A stretch of DNA of 64,000 nucleotides from Chloroflexota bacterium (lineage in GTDB: Bacteria; Chloroflexota; Chloroflexia; Chloroflexales; Roseiflexaceae): positions 3,487 to 67,486 of the forward strand of contig JBDLTZ010000100.1 in assembly GCA_039805565.1 (NCBI GenBank), read 5' to 3'. Position 1 is the stretch's first letter. Each line of letters begins with the position of its first letter. The notes beneath the pieces are model-generated. The model saw nothing but the letters and a program-made list of their open reading frames with translations, was not told the origin of the DNA and made no database searches. This document shows, piece after piece, positions 44,042 through 53,014 of this stretch. Made by a program: the position numbers and the translations under genes.

Positions 44042-44839
44042 TCACGCCTCGAGCACGAAGTCCGTCACCACCGGGTAGTGGTCGCTGGGGTAGTGCGGCG
44101 GCACGGCGTCCGTGACGATCGCGCAGGCAGTGGGGCGCAGCCCGCGCGCCAGCACCCAGTCGATCCGGTCGAGCGCGTCGTGCGGCTGTGGCTGGAAGCC
44201 GTCCCCTTTGAAGCCGTGGAATGTCATCACCGGGGCACCGCCGTGGAGGCGCGCGTGGCTGTCCTCCAGGCCCGCCGCGAGCAGCGCGTGGTGTGCAGCC
44301 GAGCCAGGCGGGCAGTTGAAGTCCCCCGTGACCACAGCCGGGACGCCGTCGGCCCACAGGGCGCCCAGGCGCTCAGCGATCAGGGTCGCCCCCTGCGCGC
44401 GGGCCGGCTCGCTGATGTGGTCAAGGTGCGTGTTCAGGTGCAGCAGCTCCGCTCCGGCCTCGGGCAGCGCCAGGCGCACCCAGCCAGCCGAGCGGATGCA
44501 GTCGGTGCCCCACGCGGCCGAGTGCACACCGGGCGTCGTGCTGAGCCAGAAGCCGCCTGTGTCGCGCAGCTTCAGCCGCTCGCGCCGCCAGAAGATCGCG
44601 GGGTACTGGAAGGGCGGCACGTTGTTGTAGCCGGGGCCGAGGGCCGCCTCGTAGCCGCGCAGGTGCTCGCGGTAGAAGGCGTAGTTCTGCAGCTCCAGCT
44701 CCTGGAAGCCAATCAGGTCCGGCGCGTAGCGGCGGATGACGTCGGCGCTCAGCGCGGCGCGGTTCGGCCAGACGTTCTCACCGTCCTGGAAGCGTGCGCC
44801 ACGCACGTTGAAGGTCATTACTCGGATTGTGTGGCTCAT
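44042..44839 (-). CDS. Endonuclease/exonuclease/phosphatase (EEP) family protein
   Basis: IRVMTFNVRG...DLIGFQELE...NTHLDH...TGDFN...SDHYPV are the canonical EEP motifs. Confidence 0.8.
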   Translation of the reverse strand: MSHTIRVMTFNVRGARFQDGENVWPNRAALSADVIRRYAPDLIGFQELELQNYAFYREHLRGYEAALGPGYNNVPPFQYPAIFWRRERLKLRDTGGFWLSTTPGVHSAAWGTDCIRSAGWVRLALPEAGAELLHLNTHLDHISEPARAQGATLIAERLGALWADGVPAVVTGDFNCPPGSAAHHALLAAGLEDSHARLHGGAPVMTFHGFKGDGFQPQPHDALDRIDWVLARGLRPTACAIVTDAVPPHYPSDHYPVVTDFVLEA

Positions 44840-44870
44840 GGCGTAGATTATACCGCAGGGTCGCGGCGCC

Positions 44871-46673
44871 TCAGACCGGCCAGAGCAGCGGCGCCAGCAG
44901 CACCACGATCGCCCCCACCAGCAGGGTCACCGGCGCCCCTACCTTGACGAAGTCCGCGAACTGGTAGCGGCCCGGGCCGTACACCAGCAGGTTCCCGTGG
45001 TGGCCGATCGGCGTCAGGAAGGACGCCACCGCCGCCATCGCCACCGTGACGACATAGGCCTCGGGCGAGTGTCCGAGCGCGGCCGCCAGCGCCGCGGCTA
45101 CAGGCGCGAACACCGCCGTGGTGGCCGCATCCGACATGAACTGCGTCAGCACGGCCACCAGCGCGAAGATCGCCCCCAGCACAATGTACTGGTTCAGGCC
45201 CCCCACCGCACCGTGAAGCCAGCTCGCCAGCAGCTCCGAGGTGCCGGTGGCCTGCATGGCCGCGCCGAGCGGCAGCGCCCCGGCGATGAACACGTAGATG
45301 CGGCCGTCGATGCTGCGGTAGGCCTGCCGCCCGGAGATGCAGCGGGTGAGGACCATCGTAAGGGCGCCGGCTACCGCGGCGATCTCGATGCTCAGCACCC
45401 CCGTCGCGGTAGCAGCGATCGTCGCGGCCATGATCACCCCCGCCAGCGCCGCCCGGTGTCGCGAGCGCGCCTCGCCGTGGAACGGCACCAGCATCATGAA
45501 GCGCGGGTCGAGCCGGACCCGCTCCAGCGCCTCCTCCTCCCCCTGCAGCACCAGGACGTCGCCGCCGCGCAGCTTGGTGCGCGAGAGCTCCTCCTGCAGC
45601 CAGCCGCGCTGGCGCCACAGCCCCACGACGATAGCGCCGTAGCGGCGGCGGAAGTCCACCTCGCCGATCGTGCGCCCGATCAGGTCCGAGCCCGGCCCGA
45701 CCACCGCCTGCACCAGCCGCTCCGCGATCTCGTCCGGGTCGCCCTCGCGGCCGGACGCAGCGCCGTACTTCGATACTGGGTGCAGCTCGACCCCCGGCTC
45801 CTGCCGGATAGCCACCAGGTCCTCGGGCGTGGTCCGCACCAGCAGCACGTCGCCGTCGGCGATCTGGCGCGACTTCGGCACACCGCGCATCCGCTCCCCG
45901 CCGCGCATCACGCCCACCACGTTCAGGCGGAAGCGCGTGTCCTCCTGGACCTCGCCGATCGTCTTGCCCAGAAACGGCGACTCGGGCATGATCGTGAGCT
46001 CGGTGAAGTAGTCGTCCAGACGAAAGCGCTCGGCGCCGCCCTCGCCGCCGGTGTTGGCCGGCAGCAGGAAGCGGCCGGCGAGCAGCATGAAGGTGGTACC
46101 GACCGCCGAGAGCGCCAGGCCGATCGGCGCGATCGAGAAGATGCCAAGCCCGGGGCGGCCGGCCTGCTGGAGAACGCCGCTGGCGATCAGGAAGGCCGGC
46201 GCGCCGATGATCGTGATGGTGGTGCCCAGCGAGGCAGCCATCGCCAGCGGCATCAGCAGCTTGGAGGCCGGGATCTGCCGCTCGCGCGCCAGGTTGAGCG
46301 TCACCGGCAGCATCACGGCCGTGGTGGTCAGGTGGTGGGTGAAGGCCGAGAGCAGCGCCACGGCCGGCATGATCACCCCCAGGGCGCGCACCTCGCTCTG
46401 CCCGGCGAGCCGCCCGATCCAGCCGCCGATGATGTCAGCCAGCCCGGTCTGGTGGACAGCGCCGCTCAGCACGAAGATCGCCGCCACCACAATCGCGGGC
46501 TCGCTGCTGAAGCCGCTCAGGGCCTGCTCCGGCTCGAGCACGCCGGTGACGGCGAGCGCAACGACGATGCCGACGGCGACGACGTCGTTGCGCAGCCGCT
46601 CGGTGAGCAGCAGCCCGAAAGCTACCACCAGGATCGCAAGGTAGATCACCTGGTGCATGGTGAGCTCAGGCAT
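44871..46673 (-). CDS. SLC13/DASS-family permease with two central TrkA-C domains
   Basis: ORF 44871..46784, with ATG 46673 (MPELTMHQVIYLAILV) preferred. Polytopic N- and C-terminal halves flank TrkA-C-like segments (ESPFLGKTIGEV, GSDLIGRTIGEV). Confidence 0.75.
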   Translation of the reverse strand: MPELTMHQVIYLAILVVAFGLLLTERLRNDVVAVGIVVALAVTGVLEPEQALSGFSSEPAIVVAAIFVLSGAVHQTGLADIIGGWIGRLAGQSEVRALGVIMPAVALLSAFTHHLTTTAVMLPVTLNLARERQIPASKLLMPLAMAASLGTTITIIGAPAFLIASGVLQQAGRPGLGIFSIAPIGLALSAVGTTFMLLAGRFLLPANTGGEGGAERFRLDDYFTELTIMPESPFLGKTIGEVQEDTRFRLNVVGVMRGGERMRGVPKSRQIADGDVLLVRTTPEDLVAIRQEPGVELHPVSKYGAASGREGDPDEIAERLVQAVVGPGSDLIGRTIGEVDFRRRYGAIVVGLWRQRGWLQEELSRTKLRGGDVLVLQGEEEALERVRLDPRFMMLVPFHGEARSRHRAALAGVIMAATIAATATGVLSIEIAAVAGALTMVLTRCISGRQAYRSIDGRIYVFIAGALPLGAAMQATGTSELLASWLHGAVGGLNQYIVLGAIFALVAVLTQFMSDAATTAVFAPVAAALAAALGHSPEAYVVTVAMAAVASFLTPIGHHGNLLVYGPGRYQFADFVKVGAPVTLLVGAIVVLLAPLLWPV

Positions 46674-46884
46674 CGCCGCGCCTGCGCTCCTCTTCCGCAG
46701 ACTCGTGGTCGTGGCTGGGCTGCCCGTCGATGATGAGCAGGATCTCCTCGGTGTCGGGACCGGGCTCGGGGACGGCGGCGGCACCGGTCATCTGGCGGAT
46801 GCGGTCGTAGCCGTAGTGCTCCCGTGGCGCGACGGCCCCGTCGTCGTTCACTGGGTGACGTGCGCTGCCCCGGTCGCTGACCAT
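46666..46884 (-). CDS. Small acidic hypothetical protein (72 aa), translationally coupled to the SLC13 gene
   Basis: ATG 46884 is preceded by AAAGGAG at 7-nt spacing. The stop overlaps the transporter start by 8 nt. No family recognised. Confidence 0.45.
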   Translation of the reverse strand: MVSDRGSARHPVNDDGAVAPREHYGYDRIRQMTGAAAVPEPGPDTEEILLIIDGQPSHDHESAEEERRRGDA

Positions 46885-46993
46885 CGTGGCGCTCCTTTTA
46901 CAGCCCGCCGGTCGCGCGGGCATCGAGCAGGCAATCAAGGCAAGCGGGGTGCCAGGAGCAGCGCGAGGACGCGGGGCGACGAGGCGGGTTTGG

Positions 46994-48037
46994 CTACCCC
47001 GCGACTGCGTGAGCTCGCGGCGCGCCGGCGGTCTCCCCGGGTGCCTGTCGCTGCTGCCGGAAGTAGCGCCAGGCGAGCAGCGCAGCGCCCACGGAGATCG
47101 CGTAGGCAGTCAGGTCAGCCGCATCGAGTGGCCCGCGGCGCCCCACCACATTCCAGCCGCCGCTCGGAGTGGTTCCTACAGCCATGGGCCGATGCAGATT
47201 ACCACTGCTCCGCGGCGCGGGCCGGTCCCGGTAGAGGTGCTCGCGGTCGGCCTGCACCGCCATGATCGCCTCGGCGGCGGCGGGGGCCAGGGCGTAGAAC
47301 AGCGCAAAGAGGCGCCCGGCGCCGCCGACGATCACCTCGCGCCGCGGCTCCTCGGCCACGCGCACGATTGTGGCGGCAGCGCGCTCCACCGGGTAGACTG
47401 GCGGGAAGGCCTTGACCTGGCGGCCGGTGTGGTTCGCCGCGCGCTCAAAGATCGGCGTGTCGATCGGCGAGGGCATCACGGTGCAGACGTGGATGTGCTC
47501 CTGGCCCTCCAGCATCAGCTCCTGGCGCAGGCAGCCACCGAGCGCGCGCACAGCGTGCTTGCTCATCACGTAGGCACTGGTGTAGGCCTGGGTGATGAGC
47601 GAGTCGACCGAGGCGATGTTGATCAGGGTGCCGCGCCCCTGCTGGCGGAAGATCGGCAGCGCGGCCCGCGCGCCGTGGACGTAGCCAAGCACGTTGATGT
47701 CAAACAGGCGCCGGAAGTCCTCCGGCGGCTCCTCGCCGAAGCGCGCGAGCATGTACACCGACGCGTCGTTCACCCACACGTCGATCCGCCCGAACGCCTC
47801 AAGCGCCCGCTGCGCCAGCATCCGTACAGACTGCTCGTCGGAGGTGTCCACCGGCACCGCCAGTGCCCGCACCCCCATGCGCTCGCACTCCAGCGCCAGC
47901 TCGCGCAGCAGCTCCTCGCGCCGTGCCCCCAGCACGAGATGCGCGCCCTTCGCAGCGAACATGCGGGCGCTCTCACGCCCGATCCCGCTCGATGCACCCG
48001 TTATGACAACAACTGCATTCCGTAGGTTCTGAGCCAT
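46994..48037 (-). CDS. SDR family oxidoreductase with C-terminal hydrophobic tail
   Basis: VVITGASSGIG (TGxxxGxG) and YVMSKHAV (YxxxK) are present. ATG 48037 is preceded by GAGGAGGGG. The tail reads LTAYAISVGAALLAWRYF. Confidence 0.85.
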   Translation of the reverse strand: MAQNLRNAVVVITGASSGIGRESARMFAAKGAHLVLGARREELLRELALECERMGVRALAVPVDTSDEQSVRMLAQRALEAFGRIDVWVNDASVYMLARFGEEPPEDFRRLFDINVLGYVHGARAALPIFRQQGRGTLINIASVDSLITQAYTSAYVMSKHAVRALGGCLRQELMLEGQEHIHVCTVMPSPIDTPIFERAANHTGRQVKAFPPVYPVERAAATIVRVAEEPRREVIVGGAGRLFALFYALAPAAAEAIMAVQADREHLYRDRPAPRSSGNLHRPMAVGTTPSGGWNVVGRRGPLDAADLTAYAISVGAALLAWRYFRQQRQAPGETAGAPRAHAVAG

Positions 48038-48108
48038 CCGTCCCCTCCTCATCGCTCTCTTCGCGAGAGAAGGGGACGCAACTTGTGTGCCAGGGGCGAG
48101 GAGTGTGT

Positions 48109-48245
48109 CTTGAGGCGTGAGAGCCGGGGGTGAGGCGTGAGGCGTGAGTCTTGAGGCGTGAGAGCCCGGGCGCAATCGGTGTAGTACCGCACCAATTGCG
48201 CCCCTCGTTCAGCGTTCAGCGTTCAGCGTTCAGCGCTCAGCGCTC
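48109..48245. repeat. Mosaic intergenic element: (GTGAGGC/TTGAGGC) arm - hairpin core - (GTTCAGC)x5 arm
   Basis: The core hairpin is gggcgcaatcggtg-tagtac-cgcaccaattgcgccc (48168-48203). The junction motif cccgggctctcacg is shared (as reverse complement) with the 22105 and 52997 elements. The stop of the 1001-aa gene lies in the right arm. Confidence 0.85.
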
Positions 48246-51242
48246 CTGATCAACCTGTATCGGGATGCGGATCACGTCATCCGAGGCGCGGCCGCTCGCC
48301 ACCGTGAGCGGGAGGCGCTCGAGCGAGGGCCAGCGATACATCCCGACCGCCAGGGTGTAGGGCCCGGGCGGCAGCCCCTCGGGGAGCCGGACACGCCGCA
48401 CATCCAGCACCAGATCACCCTCGCGCCACTGCGTCGTCGGGAGGATGCCGGTGGCGGGAGGGCCATCCCCCTGCGCCACACGTTCGCCGCGCGAGTCCAG
48501 CACGTGCACCAGCACGCTCCGCTCGTCGAGCGCCTCGCGCACGCACTGCCACCAGAGCGCGACCAGAACCTCGCCGCCGGGCGCGGGCGCCTCGGTCAGC
48601 AGCGTGTAGCCTTGGAGCCGCACGTCGTCAGCCACCCACGCGTCCGCCCGCGTCGCGGGGCGCTCGACGCTCGCCGCCAGCAGCGAGGTGTCATCGACCC
48701 ACTCGACGCGCACGCTGCCGTCCCGCTCAACGCGGAACTGAAAGATATCCGCGGGCGGGAGCAGTGGCAAGGCCTCGGCGCCCACGTAGAACCGGCCCGT
48801 GTACGTGCCCGGGCGCAGACCTCCGAAGTGCACGCCGATCGGCAACTGCGCACCGCCGCTATCTACCGCCGATGCAGCGCCGGTCTGGAGGTTCAGCGTT
48901 AGCACCAGCTCCTGGGCGTCCTGACGCGGACTCAGCGTCGCGCCGTACCAGCCGTACTGAACGCCAACATCAGTGTCCCAAACATCGAGCGAGACCACCA
49001 GGGGACCGCTGTCCGGCAGCAGCGTCTCGATGCGGGCCGTGACGGACGAGCCCTGGGCGTCTGCCACTGCTCGCGCCACGATCCCGGCGTGGTCGCCGTC
49101 TTCCTGGGCCAGAGCATCCGGCGCGGGCTCGGCGAGAGTCAGGTAGCGCACGAGCAGCGGCTCCCCACCGACGTTTCGCAGCGTGAGCAGGCCCGGGGTC
49201 GCGTAATCGCCAAGGTGCAGAGCGGTGACTCCAGGCGCGAGCGAGGAGACCCGGCCATCGATCTCGATGGCGCTCGCCCGCAGCGTAGCGACCGAGATCG
49301 TAGCGGAGCGAGGCTGGCCACCGGCGAGATCGGCGGGGGCGAAGGCAACGTCATCCGCCCCGAGGGAGAGCGCGAGCGTCTGGCCAGGCGGTAGCGTCTG
49401 GTCAAGCCGCAGGTGGGCTCTGGTGCGCTCGGGGCGGCGGTAGAGCGCAAACGACCCACCGCGCCAGATCGCGTCGTGGAAGCCCCACGGCTCGGGCTCC
49501 TCAGAGGCGTACAGCAGACCAAACTCCCCGATCTCCCCCGACTCACCGGCCTGGGAGGAGGCGTAGCCCGTGCGGACGCGCCCGATCACCCGCGCGTGGT
49601 CCAGCAAGTAGGCGGCGAGCCCGGCCGAGACCCCCTGGGCGCGCGGGTCGGATGTCATTGTGACGGTGCTGCCAGCAGGGACAAGCTCGCGCAGCGCCAT
49701 CAGCGCTGGGAGCTCGCGGTCGAACAGACCCGGCCGCCCCCAGTGGTCGTGCACGATGCGCGCCTGGCTTACGGTGAGCAGCACACAGATGAGCGCGGCC
49801 GGGGCGAGGACGAGCGGGCGCCACCGGGGGCGAAGGTACTGCCACAAGCCCTGGGCGCCGGCGGCGGCCAGCCCGAGGAACACCCACCCCGCGTAGGCGC
49901 CTGTCTTCATGTAGGCGTAGGGGTAGGCGCGGACGTAGCGCAGCCAGAGGAGCACCGCGAGCGTCGCGAGAGCCATGCCGAGCCAGCGATCGCGCCGTGG
50001 CCCGAGCGCCAGTCCGGCCAGCGCCAGCCCCCCGGCGACGACAGCGCCCAGGAGCTGGAGCAGGCTGGGGGCCTCGGCCGCGCCGCGCGAGAACGGCGTT
50101 AGCCCGAGGGTGTCCGCAGCGCTGATGAAATGGAAGACGCCCAGGGTGGTGAGCTGCTCGCCGTAGCGGAAGTTGAACCCCTGCGTGTAGTCGACCAGCG
50201 TCGGGGCGGCCAGCAGCAGTGTGAGCACGACAAGCAGGGAGGCGGCGCCGGCGAGCCGCAGCGCGTCGGCACGTCGTTCGATCAGTGTGGCTACACCGAT
50301 CCCGGCGGCGAGCGGCGCGAACAGCGTCAGCGCGGGGTAGTAGGTCACCGGCAGCGCCGCCAGCGCCACAGTCGCCGGCAGCAGGCCAGGAATCGACGCG
50401 GCCCGGCGCTCCACCAGGTCCTCCACCGCCGATGCCCCGAGCGCCAGCCCGAGCGGGATCAGCGGCCAGGCGGCGAGCTGCATCCCGAAGTTGAAGTACG
50501 AGACCCACAGCAGCAGGGCGCTCGCGCTCGCGAAGAATGCGCCCAGGAGCGCCGGCAGCCGCCCCAGGCCGAGCGTGGTGCGGAGCAGCAGGAAGACGGC
50601 CAGCACGCCGAGGGCGCGCAGCCAGGCCAGCAGCGGCGCGAAGCTCACCAGGGCATCGGCGCGCGCCAGGAGGTTCACCGACCCATGCCATACGCTGAAG
50701 CCCAGCGTCAGCCCGATCGCCGGCGGCCGGGCGTTGATGTCACGCAGTGGGTTCTCCGGGGCTGTGGCGATGGCCGAGACCGGCCCGCGCTCGAGGTAGC
50801 GCGCTGTGGGCAGATAGTTCTCGGTATCCCACCCAGCGCCGACTATCGCGCTGTGCCCGTAGTTCAGCAGCGGGGCCACGCCAACGATGAGTGTGAGCAG
50901 CAGCAGCATCAGCAGCGGCAGAAGCTCCGGAAGCGTGGCCGATGGAAAGCTCGCGCGCCTGCGCCAGGCCGCAACGTTCAGCGCACCGGTCACGCTGATC
51001 AGTACCACCAGCGCCGGCCCGAGGCCGCTAACGGTGCGGACGGCCCAGTAGCCGACCACGACCACGAGCGCGTAGCCGACGAGCGGCGCGAACAGGTCTG
51101 CGTAGGGGCGGAGCGGCGCGGGGAGAGCCAGGCGGGAGAGACCCCAGCCGCACCAGGCGGCGAGGGCGGTCGCCACGACAAGGATGGCGGAGAGCTGCAA
51201 CGCGAAGGAGACGTACGTGGTCATTGGCGTGCTTTCCGCCAC
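48237..51242 (-). CDS. Large polytopic membrane protein with ~440-aa soluble C-terminal region (function unknown; GT-C-like topology possible)
   Basis: Many hydrophobic helices span aa 1-560, followed by a beta-rich soluble region. The start is either the GTG at 51242 or the ATG at 51224. No catalytic motif recognised. Confidence 0.6.
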   Translation of the reverse strand: MAESTPMTTYVSFALQLSAILVVATALAAWCGWGLSRLALPAPLRPYADLFAPLVGYALVVVVGYWAVRTVSGLGPALVVLISVTGALNVAAWRRRASFPSATLPELLPLLMLLLLTLIVGVAPLLNYGHSAIVGAGWDTENYLPTARYLERGPVSAIATAPENPLRDINARPPAIGLTLGFSVWHGSVNLLARADALVSFAPLLAWLRALGVLAVFLLLRTTLGLGRLPALLGAFFASASALLLWVSYFNFGMQLAAWPLIPLGLALGASAVEDLVERRAASIPGLLPATVALAALPVTYYPALTLFAPLAAGIGVATLIERRADALRLAGAASLLVVLTLLLAAPTLVDYTQGFNFRYGEQLTTLGVFHFISAADTLGLTPFSRGAAEAPSLLQLLGAVVAGGLALAGLALGPRRDRWLGMALATLAVLLWLRYVRAYPYAYMKTGAYAGWVFLGLAAAGAQGLWQYLRPRWRPLVLAPAALICVLLTVSQARIVHDHWGRPGLFDRELPALMALRELVPAGSTVTMTSDPRAQGVSAGLAAYLLDHARVIGRVRTGYASSQAGESGEIGEFGLLYASEEPEPWGFHDAIWRGGSFALYRRPERTRAHLRLDQTLPPGQTLALSLGADDVAFAPADLAGGQPRSATISVATLRASAIEIDGRVSSLAPGVTALHLGDYATPGLLTLRNVGGEPLLVRYLTLAEPAPDALAQEDGDHAGIVARAVADAQGSSVTARIETLLPDSGPLVVSLDVWDTDVGVQYGWYGATLSPRQDAQELVLTLNLQTGAASAVDSGGAQLPIGVHFGGLRPGTYTGRFYVGAEALPLLPPADIFQFRVERDGSVRVEWVDDTSLLAASVERPATRADAWVADDVRLQGYTLLTEAPAPGGEVLVALWWQCVREALDERSVLVHVLDSRGERVAQGDGPPATGILPTTQWREGDLVLDVRRVRLPEGLPPGPYTLAVGMYRWPSLERLPLTVASGRASDDVIRIPIQVDQER

Positions 51243-51411
51243 ACAGCAATTCGCCCGGCGATCCCGGGCGTATGTGGCGGAAGGGCGGCGCGCGCTACCC
51301 CAACACCAGCCTCGCGGCAGTCACTATGCGGCGTTATGTCTTAATGTTCTATTTACATGTTTACATATTTTTGATCTCTTTGTCAAGCGGTGTCACCGGC
51401 GCCGCTCAGAC

Positions 51412-51420
51412 TGCTATACT
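51412..51420 (+). promoter_or_regulatory. Candidate extended -10 promoter (TGcTATACT) for the 51461 kinase gene
   Basis: The motif lies in the only markedly AT-rich intergenic island of the core region, 41 nt upstream of the ATG. The SD GGGAG lies between them. Confidence 0.4.
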
Positions 51421-51460
51421 TTGGTAGTAGAAGCCGGCGCGCAGGACCTGGCGGGAGCAG

Positions 51461-52378
51461 ATGATATCAGCGGTAGATGACAAACTGTTCGGGCAGCTGC
51501 TGCGGCGCATCGACCCAGCGCTCCGCCTGCTGCGCGCGTGGCCGCTCGCGGGCGGAGTCTCGGCTCAGGTGATGGGGATCGAGTACATCACCGCCGATGG
51601 CTGCACCGGTCGGCTCGTCGTCCGGCGCCACGGCGATGCGGACCGCGCCCGCAACCCACGCATCGCCGCCGACGAGTACGCGCTCCTCCAGCGGCTGCAC
51701 GCTGCCGGCCTGGCCGTGCCGGCGCCGCGCCACCTCGATGAGTCCGGCGAGCTCTTTCCCGACCCGGTCCTGGTTATCGAGCACGTCGAGGGGACGAGCG
51801 ACTTCGCCGCCACCCCGGGCCAGATCGCGCAGCTCGCCGCGCAGCTCGCGGCCATCCACGGGCTCGACGTCGCGCGCCTCGACGTGGCCTTCCTCCCACG
51901 CCAGGCCGAGATTGTTGCCCGGCAGCTGCGGGCGCGCCCGGCGAGCACGCACCTGCAGACGGTCGAGGGCCGCGTGTGGGACCTGCTCGAGAGGGCCTGG
52001 CCGGTGGTGCAGCGCAATCCGCCCGCGCTGCTGCACGGCGACTACTGGCCGGGGAACATGCTCTGGCGCGACGGACGACTGGCCGCGGTGATCGACTGGG
52101 AGGACGCGGCGGTGGGAGACCCGCTCGCCGACGTCGCGAACTGCCGGCTAGAGCTGTTGTGGGCGGGCGGCGCCGAGGCGGCGGAGCTGTTCACACGGCA
52201 CTACTGCTCGCTGGCGCCGCTCGACACCGCCGAGCTCCCCTACTGGGAGCTCTGCGCGGCGCTGCGGCCGCTGCGAAACATGAGCTCCTGGGGCCTCGAC
52301 GCGGAGGCCGAGCGGGCGATGCGCGCCGCACTGGAAATGTGCGTGTTGCAGGCTCTCGCGCGGCTGGGCGCGGAGTGA
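51461..52378 (+). CDS. Aminoglycoside/phosphotransferase (APH) family protein
   Basis: LLHGDYWPGNMLW (HGD..xxN catalytic loop) and VIDWEDAAVGDP (DxxD) are present. Confidence 0.75.
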   Translation: MISAVDDKLFGQLLRRIDPALRLLRAWPLAGGVSAQVMGIEYITADGCTGRLVVRRHGDADRARNPRIAADEYALLQRLHAAGLAVPAPRHLDESGELFPDPVLVIEHVEGTSDFAATPGQIAQLAAQLAAIHGLDVARLDVAFLPRQAEIVARQLRARPASTHLQTVEGRVWDLLERAWPVVQRNPPALLHGDYWPGNMLWRDGRLAAVIDWEDAAVGDPLADVANCRLELLWAGGAEAAELFTRHYCSLAPLDTAELPYWELCAALRPLRNMSSWGLDAEAERAMRAALEMCVLQALARLGAE

Positions 52379-52396
52379 GCACAAGGAGACAGCAGC

Positions 52397-53014
52397 ATGG
52401 AGCAGTCGTTCGAGCCAGGCCAGATCATCATTCTGAACGGCGCCCCCCGCTCGGGTAAGTCCAGCATCGCCGCCGCCATCCAGGAGACCTTCGACGGCCT
52501 CTGGATGAACCTGGGAGTCGACCGCTTCATGCAGATGACGCCGGCGCGCTACCACCCCGGGATCGGGCTGCGCCCCGGCGGCGAGCGCCCGGACCTCGAG
52601 CCGCTCGTGGCGAGGCTGTACGCCGCGATGTACGAGTCGATCGCCGCCCACAGCCGCCTCGGGCTAAACGTGGTGGTCGACGTGGGCCACCACGACTCCT
52701 ACGCCATCCCGCGCGGCATCCTCCCAGCGTGTGCCCGCCGGCTGCGCGGCCTCCCGGCGCTCCTCGTGGGGGTGCGCTGCCCGCTCGAGGCCATCCTGGA
52801 GCGCCGCCGCAGCAGCGGCTACCTCGCGGGCCAGGCGGGCGACGAGGCGGTGCCCCCGCCCATCCTCCGCTGGCAGCACGAGGTCCACATCCCCGGCATC
52901 TACGACCTGGAGGTTGACACTAGCGTGCTGAGCCCCCAGCAGTGCGCCGAGCGCATTCGCCGCCACCTCGCCGAGGGCCCCGCGCCCGCCGCGCTCGTGA
53001 GGCTTGAGGCTTGA
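52397..53014 (+). CDS. Chloramphenicol-phosphotransferase-like (CPT family) P-loop kinase
   Basis: IIILNGAPRSGKSSIAAAIQ...WMNLGVD matches the CPT-family N-terminus. The RBS AAGGAG lies upstream. The stop lies in the heptamer array. Confidence 0.7.
   Translation: MEQSFEPGQIIILNGAPRSGKSSIAAAIQETFDGLWMNLGVDRFMQMTPARYHPGIGLRPGGERPDLEPLVARLYAAMYESIAAHSRLGLNVVVDVGHHDSYAIPRGILPACARRLRGLPALLVGVRCPLEAILERRRSSGYLAGQAGDEAVPPPILRWQHEVHIPGIYDLEVDTSVLSPQQCAERIRRHLAEGPAPAALVRLEA

Noticed and set aside
42402-46733. ORFs 42402..43955 (+) and 44997..46733 (+).
   Set aside because: They are antisense to btuF plus the riboswitch and to the SLC13 transporter. The first would also run through a riboswitch and a terminator.
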